From: a virus
DNA: 58,914 nt
Direction: 5' to 3' (one strand)
Virus record (IMG/VR): IMGVR_UViG_3300023283_000071
Span: 1 to 58,914 of that record
The position numbers were made by a program, and so were the translations under genes. Numbering within the stretch: position 1 is the first letter of the stretch; each line of letters starts with the position of its first letter. Below, in pieces: positions 9,001-16,923 of the stretch. The notes beneath the pieces are model-generated. The model was not told the DNA's origin. It worked only from the letters and a program-made list of their open reading frames with translations, and did not search any database.

Positions 9001-11729
9001 CCGCCGCCAAAGCCGACGTTGATGCAGCGGTGGCCGATAACCCGGACGTCCAGGAAGCAGTGCGCACGCGCTCCCGATTCCTGGCCGATCTGCGAGACAG
9101 GCTGGTTGAGGCTGGGGTGTTGTCTGAGGAACGGGCAAACAACCCGCACTACTTCCGGCACCAAGTTCTGCTCTACGCGAGATTGAATCAACGCGGCCAG
9201 AGCGCACGGAAGGTGAAGAAGCCGAGACCAGGCTACGCGATGAAGCGCGAGGGATCTCTACACGACATCAACGCACACTACATCGAAGCCGAATTTGACT
9301 TCATTCATCGCGCCCTGATCGACCTGAAAGCAGTATCAACGATCGCCAAAATTGACGACCGTTACAACATCCAGGGAGATCTCAAGAACAAGGCCCGCAT
9401 GGCGAACACCGCGGCGATGGAGGGCATCATCGCACAGGACATCGAGGAGAACGGGTGGGAGCTTGAAAACGGAAATCGCACCAGCCCGCTCGACCAACAG
9501 TGGAAGGGGTACAAGCAGCGCATTGCCAGGGGGACACAGAGTCTCGGGAAAATGCTGCTGGCCGATGGGGCCCCGGAGGTGCCGTCTCAGTATCAGGCTG
9601 CCGTCGAGGAGTTGATCGACTCGGCGCGGGAGCACCAGGAGCAAGCGGCCGAGGGAGTGCCTCTGGAGGAGCGAACTCAGATCGGCGCGATCAGCGACGA
9701 GGCTCAGGCGCAGTTGTTCCCGCTGTTGAGGTGGCTTCTACAGAACGACGCGACCGGCGCGGCTCCCGCGGGAATGATTCTGAAGGCCGTGAGCGAACGG
9801 CGGGAGTTTCTGAAGGAGAGTCTCGGGAAGAACTACAAGACGTGGAGAAGCCTAGTCCCTGACGGCTACGTCACGTGGCAGCCTGAGAAAGGCAATATCT
9901 TTTACACCGCCAAGACGTTCGGCGAAGACGTGATGAATCGCCTTCTAGGGATGGCCGAGGAATACGCACCTGCCAGTGTGGATAAAAGCGCCATACGGGA
10001 CGTAGTGGGGCGTATGAAGGACGCCGTCGTACTTGGTCAGAAAAAAAAGGAACTGGTCATCCCGGAGGAACTAGCAGCCACTCTCGAACACATGGCGCCA
10101 GATCCGCATGATGGACTGTTTGACCATCTATTCGGTGATCCGTTGAGGTGGTGGAGGCAGTGGGTGCTGATCAACCCGAGGCGGGTCCTCAAGTACAACC
10201 TCAACAACCTGTCCGGAGATCTGGATGCGGTGATCGCGGGGGCGCCCAGCGTTCTAAAGAAATTGCCGAGGGCGATCCGAGAATTGTACGATGTGATGCA
10301 CGATCGCGCAGAGCCCTCCGAGCTTTTTCGAGAGGCCGTGGACCGGGGAGTTTTCGACTCTGGGTTGACGATTCAGGAGATCCCGGACATCAACTATCTG
10401 TCGAAGTTTCGCAACCTGGTCAAAAAATCCACGCTCAGAGAGCCCGGTAGGTTCACTGTCAGTAACATCGCCAGAGTGTGGCATGGCCTTCGTGACTACA
10501 CCCGGTTCCGGGAAAACTGGATGCGCTACGCGGCCTTTCTACATTATGTGGAAAAGCTCGACAGCGGAGTCCCATTGGAAAACATTGGGTTCGGAGGCTC
10601 TAATCCCGACGCCGTAAAGGCGATCTATGAATCGGAAGGACCTCATGCCGTAGCGGGGCTACTCGCCCGCGAGCTCGTGGGGGATTACGGCGCGGTCAGT
10701 CACTACGGACAGGAGATTCGGCAGAAACTTATCCACTTCTACTCGTGGATGGAGATCAACACGAAGCGTTACACCAGGTTCTTCCGTAACGCATGGGAAC
10801 AGGGCTTCGGAAGTACCGCGAGGGTAACGGGAGTGCTAGCGGCTTCGGTCGCAAGAAAAGGGGCGCTCCTAACGGCAGGGCTCTACGTGAGGATGTTTCT
10901 GCTGTTCATGATCCTGAATGCGTGGAATCATCTGATGTTCGGCGACGAGGAAGAAGAACTAAATGACCACGATCGCGTTCGTCTCCACATCATTCTTGGG
11001 CGCAGCGATGACGGCACCATTCGCCTGATCCGCTTTCAGGGCGCGCTGTCCGACTTCCTCGACTGGTTCGGGTGGCAGGAGGCGGTGGCGGTCATGTCCG
11101 CCGTCGAGAAGGGGCGCGGCACCGCAACCGATCTACTCGAGACAGTTGCCCAGGCGCCAATCAATAAGATCTTCATGGGATTGACGCCCGTCATCAAGAC
11201 GCCCTTGGAGTTGATGTCCGGGCTAAGTTTTTTCCCGGACGTCTTCAACCCGAGGCCGATACGCGATCGCGGCCGGCACGTAGCTCGGCTGTTCTCCGCG
11301 GAACATGAATACGACGTGTTCACAGGCAGGCCGTCGAGAGGCTATGCGCAGTCCCTTGAGGAAACCGTCATTGTCCGCAGGGACGCTGGCGAGATCGCCT
11401 ACAACAAGATCAAAGGGCTCGAGTATGACTGGGCGGAAAAACAGCGCGGCACGTCCGGTTTTTCCACTATACAGACCGCACGGAGCCAGGCGACGTACCG
11501 CTGGAAGATCGCGACGAGGTACGGGGACAAGGATGCGGCGAAGCGCGCCATGGCAGATCTTAAGGCCATGGGCGTGACGAAAAAAGACATCAACAGAATC
11601 GTGAAGCGGGGTCGCCCTCTGGGAGTGATCGCCGCCAGGGACCGCGGGCGATTCCTCCAGAGCCTGACTGCGAGGGAGCGTGAAACGCTGGAAGCCGCAA
11701 AGCTTTGGTACAAGGACACGTTCCGCTAA
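18..11729 (+). CDS. Giant polyvalent multi-domain protein with a family-I pyrophosphatase-like module, N6-adenine DNA methyltransferase, SNF2/SF2 helicase, HExxH zincin-like module and a long C-terminal region with hydrophobic helices. This is the 3' part of an ORF that starts at 58349 across the circular junction.
   Basis: Uninterrupted 3903-codon ORF. Motifs read directly: YGYIRGTTGFDKDHLDVFL (nt 1995-2051; compare PPase YGFIPxT..DGDPxDV); EPSAGNGAL plus NPPF (3144-3155), which are amino-MTase motifs I and IV; GDQTGVGKGR Walker A (4728-4757); DETH (5142-5153); QVLGRINRTGQ helicase motif VI (6360-6392); HEVGVH (8265-8282). The frame is open from nt 1, so the Met at 18 is internal. Confidence 0.9.
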   Translation: MSPATRKALDEFAQDIARPAAMVQNQAGVEPPATAPPPEIEESAGYWASTKRGMATAAYGVSEALSLVGDVLGVEAIEERGEAGAQYWKKVLERPELQRPEFMRHGLVEGLKRRPLDYSINLLLENIPLLVTMMSGGGVAGVVAARALPAAVKAGIKAGNPAAISRARKTIGRAAMGGAAPTAGAIEGGFARGEALEAGATDEQALEVALRVGVINAALEVTPIGLLFRNPAGRRLITRIGQQIVAEAGTEAVQEFNNNLQHMLVHQPDKTLEDLFEGTPEAAYAGGLIGALMGAGGAWYNRGAPEEEGGAASVRGATGDGGYYTREIDAGDPDAPTELAGGTSATQEGPDTDRPTDLAGNPEAPPEPSGGPPQGPSGPTGGPPQGVAPGEPPPDFDLQPPGPQPVPGAVGAPQPPPPGPPAAPAAPTESVEPIPAPPTTPEQFQPTHTTPEGTEIMAGEGGYYTREIDAESGERRPVLKFHEGTTVTTREGRQVPIAEMEVTPAEERRRLEAAGQGKLPIPEPRETIDEAEGDAAASPENQRPEPTPAQKEAGNYPKGHVKLHGRDLSIETPRDSHRWQLATERLKMMAEQEHKDDNVSRFIRKALRLLEKNETVPEGFDVLRRMVGLSDKPGDWATEVRDELRGILDRGWIQKMSHTYGYIRGTTGFDKDHLDVFLHPDVESRPDAPVFVVNQQDEAGEFDEHKVMMGFTSEAEARKAYLENYPKGWEGLDSVVQLTPEQFDQWARSDAPKKGKLEGPPETAVPKPGKGEKPPPSPERPFTPTHELPDGTPVRHVEDDVYVDAQGQEWEEPNAAPIETEPDDDREDLAKEEPPEESPEDEGTPTEPDDDREDVASESERLAGEFQHFFAGADNSFKDIREARKWAGERLGRKVAPGTADAKLVDESMEAGLVRAAREIVRSGRKNNRTWDVIFDRLVNLYERQPRLGVRTSTSVSQQAYSTPMPIAWAVSVIADVGENTTVYEPSAGNGALLIGADPGNVHANELNEDRSETLEAQGFGKVTRFDAATENPGKQHDVVLANPPFGVVHNPDGSAKKFPIQTHKGEKRTTQIDHAIAMRSLASMKKGGTAVLILGSVRKTAASEQARSDAYHSAQKRDFFWALYHQYEVVDHFTIAGELYEKQGAGWPIDIVVVKGRKDAPEQTRTLPAKNLPDILRSFAELKERVRGHEAGLYRPESEGVGAGEQSGGPRGSTEAEGRPESQPGAVPGPVARPGGVAGAGTGGGRTGGGGRSSGTAAGPASKGEQPPGVRGGREGRPEPPDVVDRPRGARGEGELEGEAEPGGLEGAEGSKPGAVGGEPAGAGDLGRELESASEEDIDSLIDDALGEAAPEPAEARPEQKKESLKGAASESGKAISSALDAIWESTGGGSPATFKSGPFAFDEQGYQRIKGHLKASLEHTVAAGGHLKDFIQAVFADAARFPREWVENLLRPAVKRFVNEVNKGLILIKGLNDHKKRVQQQDKPTEHQVSYEPGSDGTPGGTLIPKNMRTAVKESLGDVKKRRGPLSEYVMARLGYTREQLDEYFLAEQIDALALAIDNMERGGAFIIGDQTGVGKGRVVAGALRYAMRQGKVPVFVTEKKNLYKDIYRDFVDIGMGDVTLLMTDASEKVFLTDDKSISLRTPDAQSHNANLIRIARGVQGLDQAFENVPADVIVTTYYQMQSEKGALTPRREFLNAIAPNAMFVFDETHNAGGTETVKRDADGAPIMDRARYVRHLAATAWQVFFSSATYAKRHDVMDLYARTDMRYAVSSIEGLGNAIKKGGVPLQQVVALMLAKAGQYLRRERSFDGIEYSTPLVEVNQTAYANFSRTIEAIHEFSKQVEVVTSHIDDELKGQGMHAGADQSTGGAGAESTKFTSIMHNLISQLLLSLKAQPSVDMALEAIANGQKPVITVSNTMGSFLDEYAEAMELNKGDLVALNFTDLLKRYLDKTRTITKREPFGEAERHYLTDEELGPQGVALYNRIADFMASQDEMKSLPVSPIDYIIDKIEQAGHTIGEITGREKRVRMERYEDQDGKTVERPVLDRRPDSISLRIETILRYNQGGENGLDALIINRAGSTGISLHASESVGDQRQRTMIIAQPEDNIDTHMQVLGRINRTGQVVKPRYLQLVADIPAEKRPAAVLSKKMASLNANTTAARSSSLTATDVPDFINEYGDEVVGQILDDDMELFYRLDVNAKLREGTIAREDLARKTTGRIPLLPIEDQEALYDRIESDYKELIAQLDATGANTLEAKYLPLDAEELNRKQLKEPLSNVDSPFAEGADAVRYRINVLGRPYPTSKVLRDLSERLGRGYSESESPEEAATALRQLGREGRRKILQDAKVEFESYKREVVDQIKDEGKARKEEAKLDQQWERFAATIKHIFPGNQVQLDAHSGRTLGTIMDVVPTGETKNPIAGGGWKVTIYLVSSARQITLPLSRLKLFGTVAGQSMQEKIQGIGATSFIVGTAPELQTPIILRYDEMQEQRREERWIVTGNLLAGFDAAGAKGQIITFETREGTVVSGIMMPKEWDVDAAIGGQPVRFSEASQVVAYVARVRKYPAFAADNIVRIMDDKGQGIRILVEPSRSTGGKYYMNEGVLEALGEDFVSSGSSMVARVSYDGAQNVVQALMDAGAEFEARTEKDIARQIAGLPPVQEARRSAPAAATGRSTTVRQAREAIADQVGEKALRHLEQLGVITLVQSRGELPEHLQKDAGAGVYDFENHRAYLVADEMGKEDAYGLFLHEVGVHYGLEGLLGEDLFDRVLRQLRGLEASGNNAARRAREQARKKRSDASEDEETLAYVVQDPANHKLSLVRRVVSGIRAFLFRIGVVKRLSIDDIVMLVRAAARRPRPQTERRARKGARAHSVRMPTDEQERRYQEAKKGLGDQRSLVQRVRDHITHTWHGISRHFIELPNTPFFAPAFEILREFEAAPEAAKEEAVRRLQRVVGKFNDKDLDLFTRKVLLDDLQWEIDNEHELPFALSPEDHAAAKADVDAAVADNPDVQEAVRTRSRFLADLRDRLVEAGVLSEERANNPHYFRHQVLLYARLNQRGQSARKVKKPRPGYAMKREGSLHDINAHYIEAEFDFIHRALIDLKAVSTIAKIDDRYNIQGDLKNKARMANTAAMEGIIAQDIEENGWELENGNRTSPLDQQWKGYKQRIARGTQSLGKMLLADGAPEVPSQYQAAVEELIDSAREHQEQAAEGVPLEERTQIGAISDEAQAQLFPLLRWLLQNDATGAAPAGMILKAVSERREFLKESLGKNYKTWRSLVPDGYVTWQPEKGNIFYTAKTFGEDVMNRLLGMAEEYAPASVDKSAIRDVVGRMKDAVVLGQKKKELVIPEELAATLEHMAPDPHDGLFDHLFGDPLRWWRQWVLINPRRVLKYNLNNLSGDLDAVIAGAPSVLKKLPRAIRELYDVMHDRAEPSELFREAVDRGVFDSGLTIQEIPDINYLSKFRNLVKKSTLREPGRFTVSNIARVWHGLRDYTRFRENWMRYAAFLHYVEKLDSGVPLENIGFGGSNPDAVKAIYESEGPHAVAGLLARELVGDYGAVSHYGQEIRQKLIHFYSWMEINTKRYTRFFRNAWEQGFGSTARVTGVLAASVARKGALLTAGLYVRMFLLFMILNAWNHLMFGDEEEELNDHDRVRLHIILGRSDDGTIRLIRFQGALSDFLDWFGWQEAVAVMSAVEKGRGTATDLLETVAQAPINKIFMGLTPVIKTPLELMSGLSFFPDVFNPRPIRDRGRHVARLFSAEHEYDVFTGRPSRGYAQSLEETVIVRRDAGEIAYNKIKGLEYDWAEKQRGTSGFSTIQTARSQATYRWKIATRYGDKDAAKRAMADLKAMGVTKKDINRIVKRGRPLGVIAARDRGRFLQSLTARERETLEAAKLWYKDTFR

Positions 11730-11980
11730 TCGGCGAGTCCGTAGTACTCCAGTTTGCTCCGAAGTGTCTTCCGGTTTATCCCAAGAACAAGCGCCGCCTT
11801 GCTCTGGTTTCCGTGACAGAAGGACATCACGGCCGAGAGCGCCGGGATCTCGATCTCCCGGATCAGCACCCGATAGAGGTGTCCGGGATCCGTTTCGTGT
11901 ACGCGCGCCACCAGCGTCGATGCCACGGAATCTCGTACGTGCTCCCGGAGCGCGATATCGGGGTTCTTCTTGCTCAGCAT
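11726..11980 (-). CDS. Fis-family small HTH DNA-binding protein
   Basis: Track ORF 11726..12112 trimmed to the ATG at 11980, which lies 1 nt after the upstream TGA. LYRVLIREIEIPALSAVMSFCHGNQSKAALVLGINRKTLRSKLEYYGL aligns with E. coli Fis [48 protein letters not shown]. Its stop overlaps the stop of the convergent giant ORF. Confidence 0.8.
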   Translation of the reverse strand: MLSKKNPDIALREHVRDSVASTLVARVHETDPGHLYRVLIREIEIPALSAVMSFCHGNQSKAALVLGINRKTLRSKLEYYGLAD

Positions 11981-11981
11981 G

Positions 11982-12359
11982 TCAGGTGCACGGCGGCCAG
12001 TATTCGCGAGCAGATCCGTAGTGCTTGGCGACGAAGCCGACCCGGCCGTAGTGACGCCCGTCGAGGCGATAGAAGTTCTCTGCGAGCCACGCCGGGCGCT
12101 TCTCGAGGTCATCCGGGTAGAGCGTAGCCGAGAGGGCGAGCTTCGCGGCCTCGGCCGCCTCGTCCGCCTCGGCCATGATGCCGTCCGTGCGGTAGATCGT
12201 GTTCGTCGCCGGATTCCACAGGGCCCGGCCGCGCGTTCCCTCGGGGCGCATCGCGCGCATCTGCTCCCACGTCACGACCTCGACCGTGGGCTGGCTGACG
12301 GGCACTGGCTCGAGCCCCAGAAGGGCGAACACACACAGCATGTTGATGGCGGATTCCAT
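11982..12359 (-). CDS. Hypothetical protein with a hydrophobic, signal-like N-terminus
   Basis: Track ORF 11982..12401 trimmed to the ATG at 12359, which is preceded by GAGGAGG. The N-terminus reads MESAINMLCVFALLGLEPVPV. No family recognised. Confidence 0.55.
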   Translation of the reverse strand: MESAINMLCVFALLGLEPVPVSQPTVEVVTWEQMRAMRPEGTRGRALWNPATNTIYRTDGIMAEADEAAEAAKLALSATLYPDDLEKRPAWLAENFYRLDGRHYGRVGFVAKHYGSAREYWPPCT

Positions 12360-12369
12360 GGCAGCCTCC

Positions 12370-12774
12370 TCAGTAGATGGTCTTGATGGCCCAGCGAACA
12401 TCGCAGGGCCAGCAGATGCCTGCCTCTGGCCCGAGTTCTACGCCGTCTTCCCTGGCTTCGTTGCAGTCCTTGTACTTCTTCTTCCCTTTCCGGATCGGTC
12501 CCACCTCGCATGGAGTTGCCCGCAACGTAGCGACGATGCGGGCGAGTGCCGGCGGGTACTCGCCGAACGAGATCCACGAGGGGGTGAGGGACAGCGCCTT
12601 CGCCAGCTCCGGGATTATCCGCGGGCGCAGCGACTTCCCGTTCTCGATCTTCTGAATGACCGGCTGAGAGGTCCCGGCGCGAGCGGCCACGTCCTCCTGC
12701 GAGAGTGACAGCCTCAGTCGGGCGTCACGAACCCGATCGCCGATCGTCGCGCGGCTGCTTGAGTCGGTTTTCAT
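12370..12774 (-). CDS. XRE/Cro-CI family HTH regulator with a Cys-rich C-terminal extension
   Basis: [41 protein letters not shown] is a classic XRE HTH. The C-terminus has four Cys (CEVG..C..CWPC). The ATG at 12774 lies 47 nt inside the 3' end of the csrA-like gene. Confidence 0.8.
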   Translation of the reverse strand: MKTDSSSRATIGDRVRDARLRLSLSQEDVAARAGTSQPVIQKIENGKSLRPRIIPELAKALSLTPSWISFGEYPPALARIVATLRATPCEVGPIRKGKKKYKDCNEAREDGVELGPEAGICWPCDVRWAIKTIY

Positions 12775-12907
12775 CGCGGCTGATCTCCACGTGTCTAGGG
12801 GCCTCGATTCCGATACGTACGGTGTTCCTGTCGATCGAGAGGACCGTAACGACGACGTCGTCGCCGATGTAGATGGACTCCGGTGGCTTGCGAGATAGTA
12901 CGAGCAT
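12725..12907 (-). CDS. csrA: CsrA/RsmA-family RNA-binding translational regulator
   Basis: [46 protein letters not shown] aligns residue for residue with E. coli CsrA [46 protein letters not shown]. The ATG at 12907 shares one nt with the sbcC-like TGA (TGATG). The track start at 12910 is an upstream GTG. Confidence 0.9.
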   Translation of the reverse strand: MLVLSRKPPESIYIGDDVVVTVLSIDRNTVRIGIEAPRHVEISRDENRLKQPRDDRRSGS

Positions 12908-15363
12908 CACAGCCTCCCGAAATTGATCTGGTGGTCAGCCATCTGCTGAACCTCGGGGGTGTGAGAAATGAAGAACTCGCCCTCGTACCCGCCGAGCCGG
13001 AGGACCTCGCGCTTCATCGCCACCAGCTCCAGCTTCTTCTCGTGGTCGAGCGCGCCGTCCATCTCGTCGGTAAAGATGGTTCGGTATCTATGCCCGGATG
13101 ACTGCGCCAGGTAAAGGGCGATGGCCTTCATCAGGGCCTCGTCCACGTAGACCTTCTGCCCTCCGGACATGGAGCGGACGGACTTCGAGGTCTCCCCCTC
13201 GGCGTCGTGGACGACGATGTCGAAGTCCTCCTTCATGTCGCCGGTCTTCTTCACCTCGCTCTGAGTCTTGAAGCTCACCGTGTACCGTGAGCCGAAGCAT
13301 GCGATCAGCAGATCGTTCGCCAGCGACGAGATCGCCGGCCCGGCGTCGTCGATGCACAGTGCGATGATCCCGTCCGTGGAGAGAGCGGTCGAGAGCTCGT
13401 GCCAGTACGGCAGTTCCCTCTCCAGCGTCTTCACCTCCTCGCGAACGCAGGCGAGCCGTTCCAGGTGCTCCTCGCAGGACCGTATGCTTGCGCGGGCGGA
13501 CTCCTCGGCTGTCTTCGCAGCCGAGAGATCGGAATCCGACGCAGCCGCTTCGCTCTCTGCCGAGCGTACGTGTTCGCGCGCGCCTTCCAGGGCGGCAGCG
13601 TCGTACGCCGGGATCGCTTCGATCTGCGCGTGGATCTTCGCGGCCTGCTCCTCGCCTTTCTTCTGGAGATCATGCAGTTTCTTCGCGTGCCGATCCTGTG
13701 CTTCAAACTCCGCGGTTGCGGCGCTTTTGATGGCGGCATCCTGCCGTTCCTGTTCTTCTGCGGCGGCGGCCGCGTCAGTCTCGAGGTGGCCTCGCTCCTC
13801 CTTGGCGCCCTTCAGTGCCGATTCATCGGCCGCGAGTTCTCGTTGAGTGGTGAGCTTCGCGTAAGCGTCCTTCCTGGTCTCGTCCATATCGGAGAGGGCA
13901 CTCTCCGTCGTGTCCGCCTCGTCGAGCCCCTTCTCCTCCCTGTACGTTCTGGCACGCTCCTTGAGGTCCTCGTACTGCTGCAGCATCTCGTCCTTCTCGG
14001 CCGAGATTTGAACGGCTCGCTTCGACGCATCCCTCGCATTCCCGAGTAGCTGGCAGGTCTGGTTCATCTCGGTGCCGACGCACGGCACCTCCTCGATCAG
14101 GCGGCTGCGCTCCGAGGCGTCCTCGAGCTTCTCGGCCAGGTGCTTCCCCTTGGCCTTGATCTCCTGCCCGTCTGCCTGCATACGCTGCAGCTCGCGCTCG
14201 GCCTGGTAGCGGACGTCGCGCGCCACACGCGCTTCGTCCATCTGGGCTGAGATCTTCTCGATCTCTGCCTCGAGTCGCTTCACCTCCTCGGCGGCGCGCC
14301 GGATCTGGCTCTCGCGGGCGAGAAGCCGGTCCTTCTCCTCGATCCGACGTCGGATCTCCTGTGTCCGGGCGGCGGCCCGATCTCGCGCCCGAAGCGCCTC
14401 CTGGTGGGCGTGGGAAAGCCGCTGCTGCTCGTCACGGGACTCGGCGCGGTACTTGGCTACCTCCTGCTCCGTCGCCTCCTGTGCGGCCTGTAGCTCGCTC
14501 TCGAGGGCACGCCGGCGCTCGATGTCAGCCTCGGCCGCCTTTGCCCGCTCCTCCTCCCTCACGAGGTCCTCGCGGGCGCGCGTGAGGGCTTCCTCCCATT
14601 TCTTGTGCGCCGCAACAAGCCGCTCCACCTCGGCCGCCTTCTCGGCCTGATCCGAGCGCGCCTGCTTCAGGCGTGCCTCGGTGCTCTCGACGTCCTCCCG
14701 CGTGCTCCTGTGGGCCTCCAGGCGCGCCCTGAGCCCCCTCCTGACCTCCCGGGCCCGGTCGCCCAGGGCCTCCACCTCGGCGAGCCCCAGGAGCTCGCTG
14801 AGGAGCCCCTTGATGTCGCTCTGTCGGTAGGTGGAGAGGTGGCCCCGCCCTTGTGCCGAGAAGACCGACGAGAAGAACAGCTCCGGCGATCCGAAGATCG
14901 AGCTTACACAGGCGTCGTGGGTGTCCGTCTTCCCGTCCGAGGTCGTCCCATCCGGGAGGGTGACGGGCTCCCACTCGGCATTGCTGAGATCGAGCGAGGC
15001 ATCCACACGACGAGAGGCGCGGTGTATCTGGAGGTATGCCTCCTGCTTCCTGGACTTTCCCCCGCCGTGGATCAGCACGATGGAGCGATACGCCTCACCT
15101 TCGTGCTCGCACGCAAACTCCTTGCGGGCTTTCAGATGGGTCTGGTCGTAGAAGCTGAATGCTCGCGGCGAGTAGGACGAAGCTCGCGATGGCATGAGCC
15201 GGTACGGGTGCATGTTGTCGAGCACCGTCGTCTTCCCACGGCCGTTCGGCCCGACCAGGGCCACGAGCCCCTCGTAGCCAGCGAGATCGATCTCGAACGA
15301 GTCGCGCCCGAGGCCGTCCCGGATACCGATGAAGTTGTCGAGCTTGAGATAGAGGGGCTTCAT
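12907..15363 (-). CDS. sbcC: SbcC/Rad50-family ATPase (SMC-like, long coiled coil)
   Basis: N-terminal Walker [12 protein letters not shown], a central E/A/R/K-rich coiled coil of about 450 aa, signature SMSGGQKV and Walker [11 protein letters not shown] at the C-terminus. There is a 4-nt overlap with the sbcD-like gene. Confidence 0.85.
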   Translation of the reverse strand: MKPLYLKLDNFIGIRDGLGRDSFEIDLAGYEGLVALVGPNGRGKTTVLDNMHPYRLMPSRASSYSPRAFSFYDQTHLKARKEFACEHEGEAYRSIVLIHGGGKSRKQEAYLQIHRASRRVDASLDLSNAEWEPVTLPDGTTSDGKTDTHDACVSSIFGSPELFFSSVFSAQGRGHLSTYRQSDIKGLLSELLGLAEVEALGDRAREVRRGLRARLEAHRSTREDVESTEARLKQARSDQAEKAAEVERLVAAHKKWEEALTRAREDLVREEERAKAAEADIERRRALESELQAAQEATEQEVAKYRAESRDEQQRLSHAHQEALRARDRAAARTQEIRRRIEEKDRLLARESQIRRAAEEVKRLEAEIEKISAQMDEARVARDVRYQAERELQRMQADGQEIKAKGKHLAEKLEDASERSRLIEEVPCVGTEMNQTCQLLGNARDASKRAVQISAEKDEMLQQYEDLKERARTYREEKGLDEADTTESALSDMDETRKDAYAKLTTQRELAADESALKGAKEERGHLETDAAAAAEEQERQDAAIKSAATAEFEAQDRHAKKLHDLQKKGEEQAAKIHAQIEAIPAYDAAALEGAREHVRSAESEAAASDSDLSAAKTAEESARASIRSCEEHLERLACVREEVKTLERELPYWHELSTALSTDGIIALCIDDAGPAISSLANDLLIACFGSRYTVSFKTQSEVKKTGDMKEDFDIVVHDAEGETSKSVRSMSGGQKVYVDEALMKAIALYLAQSSGHRYRTIFTDEMDGALDHEKKLELVAMKREVLRLGGYEGEFFISHTPEVQQMADHQINFGRL

Positions 15364-16613
15364 TCCAGGTGCTCCAGGGCCACGAGCTTCTCCACCGGAG
15401 TCTCCGACTGGAGCAGCGCAAGCCGCTGCATCAGCTCGGCTTCATGGTGGCGCGAGTCCGTGACCTCGATCCATCGATCGAGTCGTTCGTGCATCCCCGT
15501 GGCCTGGGTGATCCCTGCCGCCCGCTGCCGCTGGATGGGCAGCACCCGGGGCTCGCACTTCAGTTCTGCCGCGGCCTCGAACAACTCCTCTATCGCGGCC
15601 CGGTCCACCGAATGGGCGTGCTCCTCGTCCACCGACCACCGCAACCGCACGTGGGCATCCTTGGCCTCGGCGGCGATGCGCTTCACGATCTCCATGTCGG
15701 GTGGTCCCTCAAACGTGTGCTCGACCAGCCGCTTCGCCGGCGTCTCACAGAGCGCGAGCGTCGCCACCTGTCCATCGTGGCTGAATTCCCACCGCAGCCA
15801 GCCTTTCGGATCCACTTCGCCAAAGTGGAGTCGGCCGATGGAGCCCGGGTAGGCCCCTACCATCCCGTCGCGGCTCCAGGACTGGTGCTTGTGGATGTGG
15901 CCGAGCATCACGGCCGCGGCCTCGGAGGCGAACAGAGTGGCCTCGGTGAACTCGTGGTCGAGTCCGTGCATCGGGACTCCCTGCTCGGTCACGGAGCCGA
16001 CCACGGTGCCGTGAGAGAGCAGTACGGTCGGTGGAATCGACGGGCGGCCGCTCCGCATGATCTCGTTTGCCGGCGCGAAGGCGCGGAGCATCTGGTGCAC
16101 CGCGTCCCCGGCGGCCTCGGCCGCCTCGTCGGCCCCCACGGTTGCCGCGAGCGCCCCTTTGTGAATGGCCGGCAGACAGGAGAACAGCGCCAGGATGGCG
16201 CCGTCGAGATCGTCCAGCTCATGCTTGGTGAAAGTGGTGGCGTGGCTGGCGATCCACTCGAGGCCGTCGTTAGCGTCCTCGATCAGCACCACCTGGGAGA
16301 TCCGATCTGCGACCCACACCGGGTAGAGTGGCGTGAGGGTCCTGAATACGTCCAGGCTCCCCGGGACGTCGTGGCTGAAGGTGCCCTGGAGGATGATCAC
16401 CGGCATGTAGCTGGCGAGATCGTAGACCTCGGCAAGAAGGGCCGAGACCGCGGGCGAGTGCACGTCGAGGCGACGGTCGAACAGATCGCCCGTGATCACG
16501 CCGATCCCGCACTGCTCGTTGCAGGCGCGGGAAACCGCGTGATGGAAGCACCGACGCACCTCGGCGAGGTACGGATCGCAGAAGTGGAGGTCTGAGAAGT
16601 GGGCGATCTTCAT
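15360..16613 (-). CDS. sbcD: SbcD/Mre11-family metallophosphoesterase nuclease
   Basis: MKIAHFSDLHF, GDLFDR, and later GHIH/HG motifs typical of calcineurin-like nucleases. It sits directly upstream of the sbcC-like gene. Start taken at the ATG at 16613 rather than the TTG at 16622. Confidence 0.85.
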   Translation of the reverse strand: MKIAHFSDLHFCDPYLAEVRRCFHHAVSRACNEQCGIGVITGDLFDRRLDVHSPAVSALLAEVYDLASYMPVIILQGTFSHDVPGSLDVFRTLTPLYPVWVADRISQVVLIEDANDGLEWIASHATTFTKHELDDLDGAILALFSCLPAIHKGALAATVGADEAAEAAGDAVHQMLRAFAPANEIMRSGRPSIPPTVLLSHGTVVGSVTEQGVPMHGLDHEFTEATLFASEAAAVMLGHIHKHQSWSRDGMVGAYPGSIGRLHFGEVDPKGWLRWEFSHDGQVATLALCETPAKRLVEHTFEGPPDMEIVKRIAAEAKDAHVRLRWSVDEEHAHSVDRAAIEELFEAAAELKCEPRVLPIQRQRAAGITQATGMHERLDRWIEVTDSRHHEAELMQRLALLQSETPVEKLVALEHLE

Positions 16614-16626
16614 GGTTCGCAATTCT

Positions 16627-16911
16627 TCACTTCTTCGTCTTGCCCGTCTTCGCCGGCGGGATCGAATCGTCGTCCGGGATCACCTCGGTCTCCTCATGCT
16701 TGTCGAGCTTCCACTGCTCCCACCCGAGCACGTGCCGAACGATCTGAGGGATCAACCGCTTGCCGTCTGCCTCGCGCTCGCTCGCGTACACTCGAGCGAA
16801 GCTTTCCGCGTCCGGCGTGATCCGGATGATGTGCTCGTGGCGCTCGGCCTCCTCCAGCGTGGCGAACGTCTCGCCGTCTGCGGCCACGAACTGCTCTATG
16901 GATTTGACCAT
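16627..16911 (-). CDS. Hypothetical protein
   Basis: 94-codon ORF packed tightly between neighbouring genes. No motif recognised. Confidence 0.55.
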   Translation of the reverse strand: MVKSIEQFVAADGETFATLEEAERHEHIIRITPDAESFARVYASEREADGKRLIPQIVRHVLGWEQWKLDKHEETEVIPDDDSIPPAKTGKTKK

Positions 16912-16923
16912 GATCTCCTCCGG

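Noticed and set aside
18-11729. Giant ORF as an N4-like virion RNA polymerase that would use the hairpins as promoters.
   Set aside because: The size and position are reminiscent. However, the motifs I can read are methyltransferase, SNF2 helicase, pyrophosphatase-like and HExxH. I could not find T7-like RNAP motifs by eye. It is kept only as a remote option to test by profile search of the C-terminal third.
11726-11729. Overlapping convergent stop codons of the giant gene (+) and the fis-like gene (-), with no terminator between them.
   Set aside because: The overlap is real in the sequence. With no transcript data I cannot tell whether convergent transcription matters, so it is noted rather than promoted to a finding.
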